From Azolla caroliniana (Eukaryota > Plantae > Polypodiophyta): a stretch of 64,000 nucleotides of DNA. Shown here in pieces: positions 48,268 through 62,109 of this stretch (position 1 is its first letter; every line of letters starts with the position of its first letter). The notes beneath the pieces are model-generated. The model was not told where the DNA came from, ran no database searches, and saw only the letters and a program-made list of their open reading frames with translations. The DNA is taken from positions 19,840,001 to 19,904,000 of the forward strand of contig JBHGNT010000004.1 in NCBI GenBank assembly GCA_043228905.1, in the 5' to 3' direction. Made by a program: the position numbers and the translations under genes.

Positions 48268-50933
48268 ATGTGGTCCCCTTCGAGTAGAATATCTCTCTTT
48301 TTCTATGGACCCTTTTACATTATCCAACAACTCGTTCTCAGTAAATGTGTACAATTACCTAGGTGTCAAAAACAAGGAGCATCAAAGGTCAAAATGTGAT
48401 GTTACAAATACATCAAATTTATTTTCTCGATTGACCCTTTGAACTCAAGCAGTAGTGAAGTGAGTAAACGGTGTGCTCCTAATGAAAAGATTGATACATC
48501 TATTGATGAGGTGTGCGTAAAACAACATCCCAGTTTTAGAAGAATTCCTCGGCAAGTCTGTGGTAAAAGACTTAACTTTTTTACTTCCGAACGTCAAATT
48601 GCATTGGAGTCTTTGCCTTTCAAATTTGCAAGGCAAAGTTAAGGGGATTGCGGCAGAAGTATTTATCATTGAATTGTGACGAGCAAGATACTTTTCTAAT
48701 TTCACATATTCAATTAGTTAAGGATCACACGGGGTGGGGTTGTTCAATGCATGTTGAATATTACCTTGCACTAAGTACTAAGTGTTGTTGAGTTGCTTCC
48801 AAAATTGCTTATAGCATTGGGAACATGAGGCTCCAAAGAATTCAACTACGACTTGTAAAGGGATTGTGGATACCTTTTCATAATAAATATTATGAATCTG
48901 GAAGTAAGGTTCTAATTAGAGGCCGTGTTGTTAGGTGGATGGACATGTATTTCTCAAAACAATGTGATATTATGCCTCCGACTTGAAGATTATATTTGTC
49001 AAATAACATCCCTTGTCGGGAGGTATACCAAGCTTATAAGGATGAAAAGCTCATAGAATGTGTACCTTATATACAATATCGACATTTCAATCGATTATGG
49101 AGGTTAAGGTTTAACAATGTGGTTATACCGCATAAGGTCCAAATGGGGGTTTGTTTAGTGTGTGCAAGTCTAAAGATCATGGCGAATAGTGGTAGAAGTG
49201 ATGAAGAAATAAAGAGTTATAAGAATCTATCAAAAGATCATCGCGACAATCAAGCATTGGAATGATCTAAAGCTATGCATCATTGACAAAAAGCTCCCCA
49301 AAAACCTAAAAGTTATATGTGTATGATTATAGATGGAATGGATCAAAAAAGGACTTGTGTATCGCACTTTCGTAGGTTGCCAATGGATATTGGAGATGAA
49401 TGCCTTGTAAAAATGCATTTAGTAGGTTGTTTGACCTATTGTCAGACAATACGGCCTCAAGTATTCTTAACTTATACTAATATTCAGAATGACCCAAATC
49501 TTACAATCAGTCATGCAAAGAGTGTTACAGTATCGGCAAGGTATTCTCCCGCTAGTTCTGTATGTGCAACTCGATAACACATCAAGAGAAAACAAAAACT
49601 CAAGTGTGTTCGGTTATTTAAGCATGCTAGTAGAGATGGGTATATTTAAAAAGATTACGGTCGGCTTCTTACTAGTTGGTCATACCCATGATCATATTGA
49701 TGAAATGTTTAGTAGATTCTCAAAGAAATTAGCGAGATGTGATGCTTTCACACTTCCTATTCTATCAAAGATTATCAATGAAGCTTATAATCCAAATCCA
49801 GAAGTTTATCATTTTAAACAATTTTGCATGGATAGTTATGGAACTGAAGGTAGGGTTCTTGCACTGCTAAATAATATAAGTTTAAACCATGTCTTCCTCA
49901 TAAAAAGAAGTTTGGGGAGCCACAACTGGATGTTGTTGTATGCCAAACAATGCTCATCTAGTTCACAATGGGAGCCACAAGAGGGTTGTAGGTTCTTATT
50001 GCATTTTCCAAATGTGGGAATCGATGGTGCAAAACAAATGTCATATGACAACCATAAAAAACTAGCTCCTAGTAGTTTGATTGATGAACAAAAAAGATAT
50101 TGAATGCGACGCCTTGAAACCAAACAAAAAAATATTGAGCACACCAAGAAGTATGTTGGTGATCAGAATGTTGAATGGTGGGATGCCTTTTTCGGCCACC
50201 CGCATACGATTTTGGATAACTACATGGCTAGATATTGACCCCTCCAATATCCGTTTCAATGGAACATTAGTGCCCCATCAATTGTGTCAAGGACTCATCA
50301 CCCCTCACTAGATAATACTAAACTCAATAATCTAGTTCACCCACGACAAAGAGATATTTATGTGGGACCAAGAATATCGCCTACTGTAGAGGTAAGATGG
50401 CAAGGTAGTTTGCATGAGCTACAAGTTGGAATGTTGGTTGCATCATTGGCTGACAATGATGAGTTGGGTCATCCTTTTTGGATTGCTAAAATTCTAGAAA
50501 TAATGAAGGATGAACAAGGCAATCAATTAAGTCTATCATGGTTCATAGGTATCACACCTCTTCCCTTGATGCATTTACTAGAAAGCACTCTTTAGAGATG
50601 GTGAAGGATGTCGAAAGCACAAGTAGAAAGAGAAGAAGAAAGAATCTATTGAGTGTGTCTACTCTCACATTGGATAACGTTGACATACTGGTGTATGACT
50701 TCCTGTTGAACAAGACAAGCCATCTTAGGCAGTCTACAATTAAGGTATTAAAAGAGAAGATCCCAAATGTGAGTCCGGAGACAACAGTATGACGAACAAG
50801 GAGTATGTATCATAATCAGGGCGAGGTTGGATTGCAATTGGATGAAGAAAATGCATTCGTTGCAAGTGATGAAGAGGATGACACCTCACAAAGTTCTTCT
50901 GAGAATGATGGCATATCTTTGGGAAGTGAATGA
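48268..50933 (+). pseudogene. DDD/E cut-and-paste transposase, Sola/DUF7869-like, decayed
   Basis: Cys/His segment F.RLW...IP...MGVCLVC...H; catalytic-type motifs MIIDGMDQK, YVQLDNTSRENKN and FLLVGHTHDHIDEMFSRFS; multiple stops and frameshifts. Superfamily named from motif memory. Confidence 0.8.
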
Positions 50934-51238
50934 GCGAGACATGAACTATACATATTCTATCTTACTTCAAAATGTCAATTTACAAATATCTATAAATGAT
51001 GGATAAGTCGTTGATAAATTTTGAACATCCTTTTGTAAGTTTGGCATGTCTATTATTTAGGCATTTTTTGAAACCCTAGAAGTTGTTCCCATTGCTAAAA
51101 ATCAATATAATTTTGGTCATTTTTAAATACCCTTTACACATGTGGCACCCATTTTTGTAAAAGGACGTATTTTGTTCCTTTTTTGGACGTACACTTCTTA
51201 AAATGCGACATATTTCTTATTTCAAATGACCCAATGTT

Positions 51239-51842
51239 ATCCATCTTCAGACATTGGTTTCCACTCATGTTGCAGTTTGTCGGTAGTGTAAAGCCGACCA
51301 GCTTTACGTCCTACATGTTGAATCTTTGGAGCACCTTCATCACGTATTTTTCTTGTGACAACCATTATAGCAACTTCTTTGTCCGATCCCACACAATGTG
51401 CATCCCTAGAATCTGCTTTGTCGGACCCATATCCTTCATAGCAAAAGATTTGCTCAAAGCCTTTTTCAAGCTTCCGATTTTCTTCAAGTCTTATCTGACA
51501 ATTAGCATGTCATCAACATACAACAAGAGGATGAGAAAGTCTCATCCATCATATTTCTTGAAAAAGACATGGTGATCAGCGTGTGTCTTGTTGAAACCAT
51601 GATCCACCATGAAAGATTCGAAGTTCCTGTACCATTGCCAGGGTGCTTGCTTCAACCCATACAAGCTTTTGTTTGGCCGGCATACCAAATTCTCCTTTCC
51701 TTTCTCCACGAATCCCTCCGGTTGGTGCATGTAGATTTCTTCCTCTAAATCTCCATGCAAAAAGACAGTCTTGACATCCAACTACTCTACTTCCAAATCC
51801 ATGTTGGCCGCTATGCTCAGCACCGTCCGTATCGACCTCATC
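51239..51842 (-). mobile_element. Old Ty1/copia RT fragment
   Basis: MDVKTVFLHGDLEEEIYMHQPEGF...KSLYGLKQAP and YVDDMLI motifs. Confidence 0.88.
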
Positions 51843-52627
51843 TGTAAAGGTAAAAATGCGGAAGCTTGTAGACAAATTGGCTCAGCCGGATACCAACAAA
51901 AAACAAAGACAAGGTTTAATGGAAGCTTGAACACACATAGAGTACACGGGAGAGACAGAGAGAGCAAAACAGTCAACTCAATTCAAAATAATAAACACTT
52001 TGTACATAGAATGTGCTTAGTGAGCACTTTTATACAAGTCAATAAAAGGACTAATAGAAGTACTGACATGTACTTCAATGCTCATACGAGCGACTGACAC
52101 TAACTCCTAAAAATATGCCTATGTACTAGGCTAGATTCATAGGCCTCTAATAGCCTACTGGTTACAGGCCGCTCCCACTCCTGGTTCCAGATATCGATAC
52201 GGACACCGATCCAGATACAGGATGTACAATATTCAACCGATCCGGATCCGTTTGAGCTTGCCGCTCAACACTCCCCCTCAAGCTCAACTTGAGGTCAAAT
52301 CGATGTGTATGTGTTTGTTGAGCTTTGCAATCGGCTTCTTCTAGCATCTTCTCGCCTTGCTTGCGCTCCTCGACCCATCTGGTCCCACTTTCCACGACCC
52401 GTTCAGTTCCGCGCACCTCGACCTTCTCAGTCGGCTTGTTTGCTCCCTTCGCCCTTGGCCTCCAATCGATTTGGTTCCTCCGAAACGAACATCTCAACCG
52501 AATCGGTTGTCTTCGATTTGTTCTTGCTCTTGTCCGTGTTGGTTGTCTCCAACTCGTCATCAATCTTCATGCCCTTCATGACATCGTACCATGTCCGTGT
52601 CTTGGCGTTCTTCCTCTGGTTGGCTCT

Positions 52628-55600
52628 TGTTGAGATACAAGCTCAACATTGGCCGGATCGACTATGCAAGCCGAGAACCGGATCAGTTGGGATTGATTGG
52701 TTAAGTCGTAGCGGTGCGTAAACTGCGAGGCCGTTGGGAAGATATTCCACATAGGAATACATTTTGGGAGTTAGTGTAGAGCTCACTTATGAGCATTGAA
52801 GTATGTGTCAATACTTCTGTCAGTCTGTATGGACTTGTATAAAAGTGCTCACTGAGCACATTCTATGTACAGATTGAGTATTATTTTGAACTTAGTTTTC
52901 TATGTGCTCTCTCTCTCTATCTCTCCCGCGTACTGTGTATATTCAAAGCTCTCCATTAAACCTACGTATTTTCCAGGTTCATTTTCTATTGCCTCCACAT
53001 GTATTCTTTTACATGGTATCAAAGCACGAGGGTTGAGAACCTCTTGAGCCTACATAGCTTGAAAAGAAAAACCAACCGAGAAGAACGGGTAAAACCGATG
53101 GATAGAGGCATGGCTAGCTCGCTTCCGACGGAGAAGCTCGACAGAAACAACTACGCATCTTGGTCCTACAAGATGCACCAGTACCTGCTCCGGCACGGTT
53201 ACTGGAGCTACGTCAATGAAGCAAATGACACATCACCCGAATCGACACACAGAGATTTCCCGGCGTGGGAACAGTCGGTGAGCAGAGTATTGTACTGCTT
53301 CACGTCTTGTGTGGGCGAACATCTCCTAAGCTACATTCAGGATGCGAAAACGCCGAAGGATGCTTGGGGAAATCTGAAGAAGATTTTCGCCGCAAGCACT
53401 ACAGCCAGGAAGCTTCAACTCCGACAGGAGCTGAGCAACCTACGACAACGCGACTTGTCGGTGGCCGATTACACCTTGAAGATCAAAGATATATGCGACT
53501 CCTTAGCCTCCATCGATTTGAACGTCGAGGAAGGCGAGATGGTGCAGATCTGTCTCGGGGGACTAGCGTCAAAGTTCGGAGCATTCCGAACTGCTATGTG
53601 TACACGGGAGAATACACCATCATTTTTCGACCTACAGTCGATGCTCCTTATAGAGGAGAACCACGCGGGTGCGTCGACGAGCACGCATGCCGACAACAAG
53701 ATGTTGTACACGGAGGGGAATAGGCCCCGTGATCGTGGCGGACGAGGCGAGTCTGTGCGCAATGGAGGCGGCCGACGGGACCAAGGAAGAAGGCACCGAA
53801 GTGATGCCGACAGCAACTCCGAACTAGTGACGGTGGCACCGCAATGTTCGCGAAAGGACAAAAAGTCGAGTCGGATATCGACTTATGGCACAAGCGGATA
53901 GGCCACGTCAACTATCAACGGCTTCAGTACCTGCAATCGAAACAGGTGGTGTTCGGATTGCCCAAATTTAGTGGCTGGAAGGCACAAATTTTTGAAGCCT
54001 GCCAGCTAGGGAAGCAACACCAACTTCCTTTCCCAAACGAGCACAACTGGAGCCGGAACAAGCTCGACTTGATACATTCCGATGTATGGGGACCGGCACA
54101 GAACGTTAGCCTTGGAGGGAGTCGATATTTTGTCTCTTTCATTGACAACTATATACACGGCACACGTGGATCTACCTCATCGAGAAGAAGAGTGAAGTCT
54201 TCGACTGTTTCCAGGACCTCAAAGGGTTCGTGGAAACGGAAATAGGAAGAAAGATCAAGTGCTTGCGGTCGGATGGCGGAAAAGAGTACTTTTCCAGTCA
54301 ATTCAAAGGCAATCTACAACATATGGGAATTCGGCGCGAATTCAGTTGTAGATACATGCCGGAGCAAAATGGCGTGGCCGAGAGGAAAAATCAGTCGATT
54401 GTGGAAGCGGCACGGGCAATGCTGGAGGAAAAGAGCTTGCCCAAGTACTATTGGGCCGAGGCGGTACGAACTACGGTGTACATTCAGAATCAGATCAAAG
54501 AAAAAGTGTCAACGCATGAGCTGTATTTCGGAAGGAAACCAAATCTGTGACACTTGAGAGTTTTCGGTAGCATTGCGTATGTGCATGTACTGAAGGAGAA
54601 ACGGAGGAAGTTGGACGCGAAAGCCGAGAAGTGTATCTTGGTCCGCTATTTGGACGAGCAGAAGGGTTATAAGTGTTATAACCCTCGTACCAAACAAGCG
54701 CGCGTGAGCCGTGACGTTGTGTTTGACGAGTCCACGTCCCAATACTTGCCTCCGACTCCGGACCTCACCTCGAATCCGCGCTCTTACGATGAGGTCAGCG
54801 AGGCCGAGATGCCTCCAGATGAGCCTGAAATTGGGACCCCCGAAGAGAGTCCGATTTCGTTTCGGTTAAGCGGACCAAATGGATGACTGAGTCGGTTCGA
54901 CCAGTCCGATGAAGAGCCGGCGAGTAGTGGGGACTCGGCCGTGCATTCCCCGCGTAGGAAGCCGAGGAGGCGGCTTACGCGCAAGGAAAAAGGGAAGAAG
55001 AAAATGCCGGAGTACAGCACGGATAAGGGCGAGTCGGATTGACGCGAGTCCGACTCCAAGGGAAGTGATGACGGGTCTTTGAGAGCAAAGACCGTGTCGG
55101 CTAAGAAGGCCTCAACTTCAGCTAATGAGCAATTACGCCGATGTACCCGCATGAAGAACCCTGTTGTGCGGTTTGGTTACAATGCGTACATGAGGAATCA
55201 CTATGCGTACATGATGCATGTAGTGGAAGTGCGTGAGCTGGAGAGCTACGTAGAAACGACGAAGGACGCGAATTGGCGTGCCGCAATGGAGGAAGAGATG
55301 CACACATTGGCAGAGAATGAAACTTGGGACCTGGTTGACTCACTGAAGGGTGTCAAGCCGATCAGATGTAGGTGGGTGTACAACGTCAAGTACAACACGG
55401 ACGACTCAGTCAACCGATACAAGGCCCGGTTAGTAGCAAAAGGCTATGCACAACAACACGGCATCGACTTCAATGAGACGTTTGCGCTGGTCGTGAAGAT
55501 GACGACCGTCCGTGTTTTGCTCACGGTAGTTGCGGCAAAGGGGTGGCACTTACATTAGATGGATGTAAAGAATGCATTCCTTCAAGGTGAGCTTGAGCAA

Positions 55601-58393
55601 CAAATGTACATGGTACAACCCCCCGGATTTCACTCCAGAACTAACACCTCGGCGGTGTACCGATTAAAGGAGTCCCCTTACGTTGTCGTAGTGTATTTCG
55701 TACACTACGTGAAAAAGTACAAATAATATAACCGATTTAATTACATATAAATAAATAAAATAAGAATATCAAGATATTTATCACATGCATAGGGCAGGAT
55801 TTGAACCCTGTACCTCCACGTAGATAAACCCCAACTTTACCATTGTAATAACTTATCTTTAGTGTTATACATATAGATTTATTACGTATAAGACCTTTAT
55901 TTACACATACCTTTATTAAAAGGTAAAAATCATGTATTCTTTAGGGTGTGAATATTTTATTTACACGTGACATTAAAAGTAACTCATGCACATCTAACGT
56001 GCATGAGCCCTATATTTAGGAAATGACAAAGCATCACGTGCACATTTAGTGTGCATGGACACTTTAGGTAAAAAAGCATGAAGCCATGCTTAGCCTCTTC
56101 CATCTTTATATAAGGGGGAGAGAAATATGTATAAGGTTGTTGATTAATATACAAGGATTGATCAATCTAATATATTCGTGGGATTCACGAATTTTGCCAT
56201 CTAAATTACTCTTATAATCTAAATATTGTTTTAAATACACTAAACTCGTGGGATTCACGAGATTGCTATCTTACTTCTCTTTCTATTATTCATAACTAGC
56301 CTTAAGTTGTATTCCTCTTCCTCCTAGTCCAAAACCTCGGCGGTTCCCACCCGACTCACGCAACGATCCGGAGCCGAAAGGCACGACAACGTACTAAAGC
56401 AAGCCTCGCGTGCCTGGAACGCGAAGATCACGCAACAACTGCGTTGGATGGGCTTTGCGACGTCGAAATCGGACTCCTCACTGTTCATCCGGAAAGGTCG
56501 ACTCAGGCCGGTTAGTATTCTACTTTATGTTGATGACTTGGTCATCACCGGCGCCGACCTAAGTTAAATCAACCGCGTGAAGCTCCAGCTTGCGGCAACA
56601 TTCGACATGAAGGATTTATGCGATCTTCATTACTTCCTCGGGATCGAAGTGATCCGCACCCCGAAGGCATACTAATCAGCCAATGGCATTACGTGCTGAG
56701 TATGCTCTTCAAAATCGGGATGGCAGACTGTAAGTCTGTCTCGACTCCTCTAGATAGAACCGTCAAGCTTCGCCCCGATTCCGGAAAGGTATGCGACCCG
56801 ACGAGGTTCCGACAAATAGTCGGAAGCCTTATATACTTGACCATCACTCGACCAGATCTCAGCTACCCGGTCGGGGTGATTAGTCAATTTATGGCACGAC
56901 CTACCGAGGAGCACCTTCAGTGTGTGCAACGCGTACTACGGTACATAAGCGGCACTAAGGACCGAGGGCTACTATATCGGACCGATACAGCCCCGCAGTT
57001 GGTTGGCTACACCGATGCCGACTGAGCCGGCAACGTCATCGATTGTCAATCCACGTCTAGTTTCGCGTTCTCTCTTGGGAGTGCCGCAATGTGTGGTGTA
57101 GCAAGAAGCAGCCGACAGTTGCGTTGTTGAGCACCGAAGCCGAGTATAGAGGAGCGGTTGTCGCAACATGCGAAGCCATATGGTTGAAGCGGCTACTTTA
57201 GGATCTGCAAGTAGAGGTATCCGATCCAACGACAATCTATTGCGACAACCTCAGCAGTATCCAGCTCGCAAAGAACCCTGTTTTCCACACCCAGACTAAG
57301 CACATTGAGGTGCACTACCATTTCGTTTGTGAGCGTGTACTCCCCCCGGTGAAGTCGAACTTCGGTATGTTCCGACGGATCGGTAGACCGCCGACATCTT
57401 CACCAAGCCTCTTGGTCTGGACAAAATGCGGCAATTCTCGGGTGCGCTTGGGTTGCGCCACCTCAACGTGCCGAACTTGAGGGGGAGAGACATCCCGAAT
57501 GACCACGGAAGGGGGAGAGAAGTTCCAGAAGACCGTGACACCGAGTCGGATGACGAATTCGATCTCGGATCGGCTGAAGAAGCCGAGGGCAGATCCACGG
57601 AAGATTCCGGAAGCGAACATAAGGGGAGCAGTCGAAAGGAAGAGCCGAAGCCAACCAAGAGTGGGGGAGACGAAGCCATCAAGGTCGAGAAGACTAAAGA
57701 CGAGTTGGAGACATCCAACTCAGACGAGGGCGAAAACCAATCGGAGGAAGCCGAGTCGGTTCGAATGTTTGATTCGGATACGCTGAATCAACCAAGGGCC
57801 AAGCGGAAGAGAAGGCAGCAAAAGAGGCGCCAACACCGCAATAGCAAGGAAGCTGAGAAGGTCCGTGTGAGTAGACAAGCCGACCAGAAGGGTCGAGACG
57901 CGCGGAATCGAATGGTTCGAGGAGCGCGAGTGAGGCGTGAAGCCAAAAGGAACCGGAGTGCAGATCCAGAAGAGCGGATGGAACCTCAAGTTGAGCTTGA
58001 GGGGGAGTGTTGAGATACAAGCTCAACATTGGCCGAATCGGCTGTGCAACCCAAGAACCGAATCAGTTGGGATCAATCGGTTAAGCCGTAGCGGTGCGTA
58101 AACCGCGAGGCCGTTAGGAAGATATTCCGCGTAGGAATACATTTTGGGAGTTAGTGTAGAGCTCACTTATGAGCATTGAAGTACGTGTCAGTACTTCTGT
58201 CAGTCTGTATGGACTTCTATAAAAGTGTTCACTGAGCACATTCTATGTACAGATTGAGTATTATTTTGAATTTAGTTTTCTGTGTGCTCTCTCTCTCTGT
58301 CTCTCCCGCGTACTGTGTATATTCAAAGCTCTCCATTAAACCTGCGTATTTTCTAGGTTCGTTTTCTATTGCTTCCGCACATATTATTTTACA
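52628..58393 (+). mobile_element. Ty1/copia element B with both LTRs and an internal deletion (zinc knuckle and protease missing)
   Basis: 386-bp LTRs at 52628-53013 and 58008-58393; TSD GCTCT/GCTAT; PBS TGGTATCAAAGC; PPT TTGAGGGGGAG; gag joins GAG-pre-integrase directly near 53823; integrase, RT and RNase H carry stops. Confidence 0.94.
55684..56388 (+). mobile_element. Solo LTR related to the 22375-25579 element
   Basis: Reverse-complement homology to 22375-23167; ends TGTCGT...ACGACA; 4-bp TSD ACGT; splits the RT of copia B. Confidence 0.92.
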
Positions 58394-61300
58394 GCTATGT
58401 CCTTCTTGACTCTGCCGCCGTTGCCGCTTGTTTCGACTTTATCGGATGTGCCGACTTCTTTAGTAGACTTGGCTTCCTTTCTCTTCTTGTCACCCCCTAT
58501 TTCGGTTGTTTCTTTCTCTCCAATTGCTTGTCCGGTGCCCTTGCTTGTTTTCTCTATTTCAATTCCGGTTTCCTCCTTTCTCCCTCTCAAGTGTGGCATG
58601 TTGAGATGTTGAAGACCAAGCATCTCCGAAAAATGTTGCAACTTGTCGGTTCCGAGTTCCTTGGTGAAAATGTCAGCAACATGCCAATCCGTCCGCACAT
58701 ACTAGAGTGTGACTTCACCGCTGAGGACCCACTCATGCACAAAGTGATAATGCACTTCTATGTGCTTCGTCCAAGCATGGAGCACAGGATTCTTGGCAAG
58801 TTGCATACTACTTATATTGTCGCAGTAGATCGAGATCAGAGTCGGTACTTTGATACGGAGATCTTGCAGCAGCAGCCAAAGCCAGATGGCTTCACAAGTG
58901 GCAACGGTAACGCCCCAATACTCAGCCTCAATGCTCGATAGAGCCACAGTCGACTGCTTTTTGCTGCTCCACGCAACAGTTGTGTTACCTAGAGATAACA
59001 TGTAACTGGAAGTGGACCAACGATCCGACGCATCACCAGCCCAGTCGGCATCTGTATATCCCACTAGTTTTTCGGTTATACCATGTCGGTATAATAGTCC
59101 CCCGGTCCTTATTGTCGATGACATACCTCAATATTCGATGCACGCATTGAAGGTGCTCCATGGTTGGCTTCTACATGAATTGACTTATCATCCTGACCGA
59201 ATAGTTGATGTTGGGTCGGGTGATCGTTAAATATATAAGGCTTCCGAAAATCTGTCGAAACCATTTCTTGTTGCAAGCCGGTCTAGAGTTGGGATGAAGC
59301 TTGAGGTTTTGGTCCAGGGGTGTGGAGACTGGTCGGCAATCCGTCATGTCGAACTTGTCTAGCATATTCAACACATAATGTCATTGTGAGAGCAATATGT
59401 CGTCGGGGTATGGATCACATTGACCCCGAGGAAGTACTAAAGGTCCCCTAGGTCCTTCATTTCGAAATCATCCAACAATTGGAACTTCATGCGGCCGATT
59501 TCGGCGAGTCCGGGTCTGGTGATGACTAGGTCATCCACATATAGCAAGTTACATACCATACCGTCTGGACCTTTCTGGATGAACAGTGAAGAGTCAGACT
59601 TCGAGGCCACAAACCCCATCTTACGCAACTGGTGCAGGATTTTCGAATTCCAAGCTTGGGGGGCTAGCTTCAAGCCATCACGTGACTTCTTGAGTCGGCA
59701 CACTGTCGACCTATTCATCTCCGACTGAAAACCAAGGGGTTGTGTCATGTAGACTTGTTCCTCAAGATCACCTTGAAGAAACACATTCTTCACGTCCAGT
59801 TGGTGAAGATGCCACCCCCTTGCCGCAACAACCACTCGCACCACATGAACCGTCGTCATCTTCGCTACCAGTGAGAAGGTCTCTTCGTAATTGATTTCGT
59901 GGTTCTAGGCATACCCTTTGGCCACTAACCAGGCCTTGTACTGGTTGACCGAACCGTCAGCATTGTACTTCATCTTGAATACCCATTTGCAGCCCATCGG
60001 TTTGCAATGTTGGGGAATGTAACAAACCAAGCCCCAAGTGTCGTTGGCATCAAGTGCCTGCATCTCTTCCGCCATAGTGGCACGCCATTTCGCGTCCATT
60101 GTCGCTTCTACATAGCTTTCCGGCTCACGCACTTTCGCCACTTTTGTCATGTACGCATAGTGATGCCCCATGTACTCATTATAAACGTACCATTTTACGG
60201 GGTTCTTTTGGCAGGTCAATCGGCGTAATTTCTCATTAACCGATTTCTTGGCCCTCTTGGCCGACTCAGACTTCTCTTCCAAAGATCTGTCTCTGTTCTT
60301 TCCATAGTCAGATTCGCTACGATCCAACTCGTCTCTGCCGGTGTCATATTCCAACATTTTCTTCTTCCCTTTTTTTGCGCGTGAACCGTCTCATCGGTTC
60401 CTTGCACGGGGAGAGCAAAGCCAAATCTCCACTACTCGTTGGCTCTTCATCCGACTGGTCATTCCGGCTTAGTCGCTCATTTGGACCGCTCAACCGAAAT
60501 GAGATCGAACTCTCGTCTAGAGTACCAAACTCCTCTTCTTCTTCTGCCCGGATCATTTCGAGCTCATTGGCCTCATCTTCCGGAATGGGGTCGGAGTCAG
60601 TAGAGAGCACCATGATGCTAACTCATTGAATTCAACATCTCGGCTTACTCGAACTTGTTTCGTTCGGGGGTTATAACACTTATAACCCTTCTGTTCATGT
60701 GAGTAGCCGACCAAAATGCACTTCTCCTACTTTGGATCCAGCTTCCTCAACTTCTCATCTGGTACATGCACATAGGATATGCTATCAAATACCTTAAGGT
60801 GCCTTAAATTCGGATTCCGCCCGAAATACAGCTTGTGTATTGACACCTTATCCCCGATCCAATTTTGGATATAGACAGCCATCCAAACCGCGTTGGCCCA
60901 ATAGAACTTGGGCATGCTCTTCTCTTCCACCATTTCCCATGTTGCCTCCACAATAGACCGGTTTTTCCTCTCGGCAACGCCGTTTTGCTCCAGTGTGTAT
61001 TTGTAACTGAATTCTCTCTAAATTCCCTTCTATTGCAAATAACTGTTGAATTGGCCGGAAAAGTATTCTTTTCCGCCATCCGACCGCAGGCACTTGATCT
61101 TCCTCTCCGTTTCCCATTCCACAAGACTTTGCAAGTTCCGAAAACAGCCGAAAACTTTGCTTTTCCTTTCCTTTCGATCAGGTAGATCCATGTGTGTCGG
61201 TTATAGTCGTTGAGAGACGAAATATCGATCCCACCAAGACTAACGTTCTGTGTCGATCCCTATACATCCGAATGTATTAGATCGAGCTTGTTACGGCTCC

Positions 61301-62109
61301 AGTTTCTTTCAGCGGGGAACAGAAGCTGGTCTTGCTTCCTGAGTTGGCAAGCCTCACAAATCTGGGCCTTCTGGCCACTGAATTTTTGCAATCCAAAAAC
61401 AATTTGTTTCGATTGCAGGTCTTCAAGCCTTCGGTAGTGGACATGGTTAATCCTCTTGTGCCAAATATCAATGTCCGATTTGATCTTCTGCCCTTTGGCA
61501 AACAAGACGGTGCCGACGTCGTTGGTGTCGAGGATGAACATCCTCCCCTCCCTTGCGCAATAATCTGGCCCTCTTCCTCAATGAAGCACCCGAGGTGCGT
61601 AAACCGCACCTGCATCCCTTGGTCAACGATTTGTCTGACCGACACCAGGTTCTTTGTTATTGTCGGGACGTGCAACACATTCATGAGCTTCCCTCTTTGC
61701 CCAACATGGCTGAGGGGAACTTCTCCGATATGCTCAATCGGCTGAGGAGTGTTGTCTCCATTGTCTCTGGTTTCGAAAACTCCTGGTTGCTCCGGTTTCC
61801 CCAAGTATGAGAACCACTCTTTGAGGCTCTTCATGTGGTTCGATGATCCAGAGTCAACGTACCACACTTCCCCCAATCCAGAAGTGGTCTTCTTCATCGA
61901 GTTCTCCTTGTGTTTCATCACAAAGGTTGGCCCTTTTTTGTGTTCCGAATCCTTCTTATCCCTCGGCGTAGTGCGAGCTCTATCGGTTCCCTTGTTGGGC
62001 CTTATCAAATACAGATTTATCCGAATCGACGTGGTTCTTCCAGCACTCGCTTTCCCGGTGGCCCTTCTTGCCACAATACCAACATTCCTTGTCGGTGTTT
62101 CCTTGCCGG

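Larger units (their letters stand above)
44979..51238. mobile_element. DNA transposon copy 2 (ParB-MTase on minus strand, transposase on plus), truncated on the MTase side by a copia LTR
   Basis: Mirror image of copy 1; ends at the 37-nt motif 51202-51238, immediately abutting an unrelated copia RT. Confidence 0.8.
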
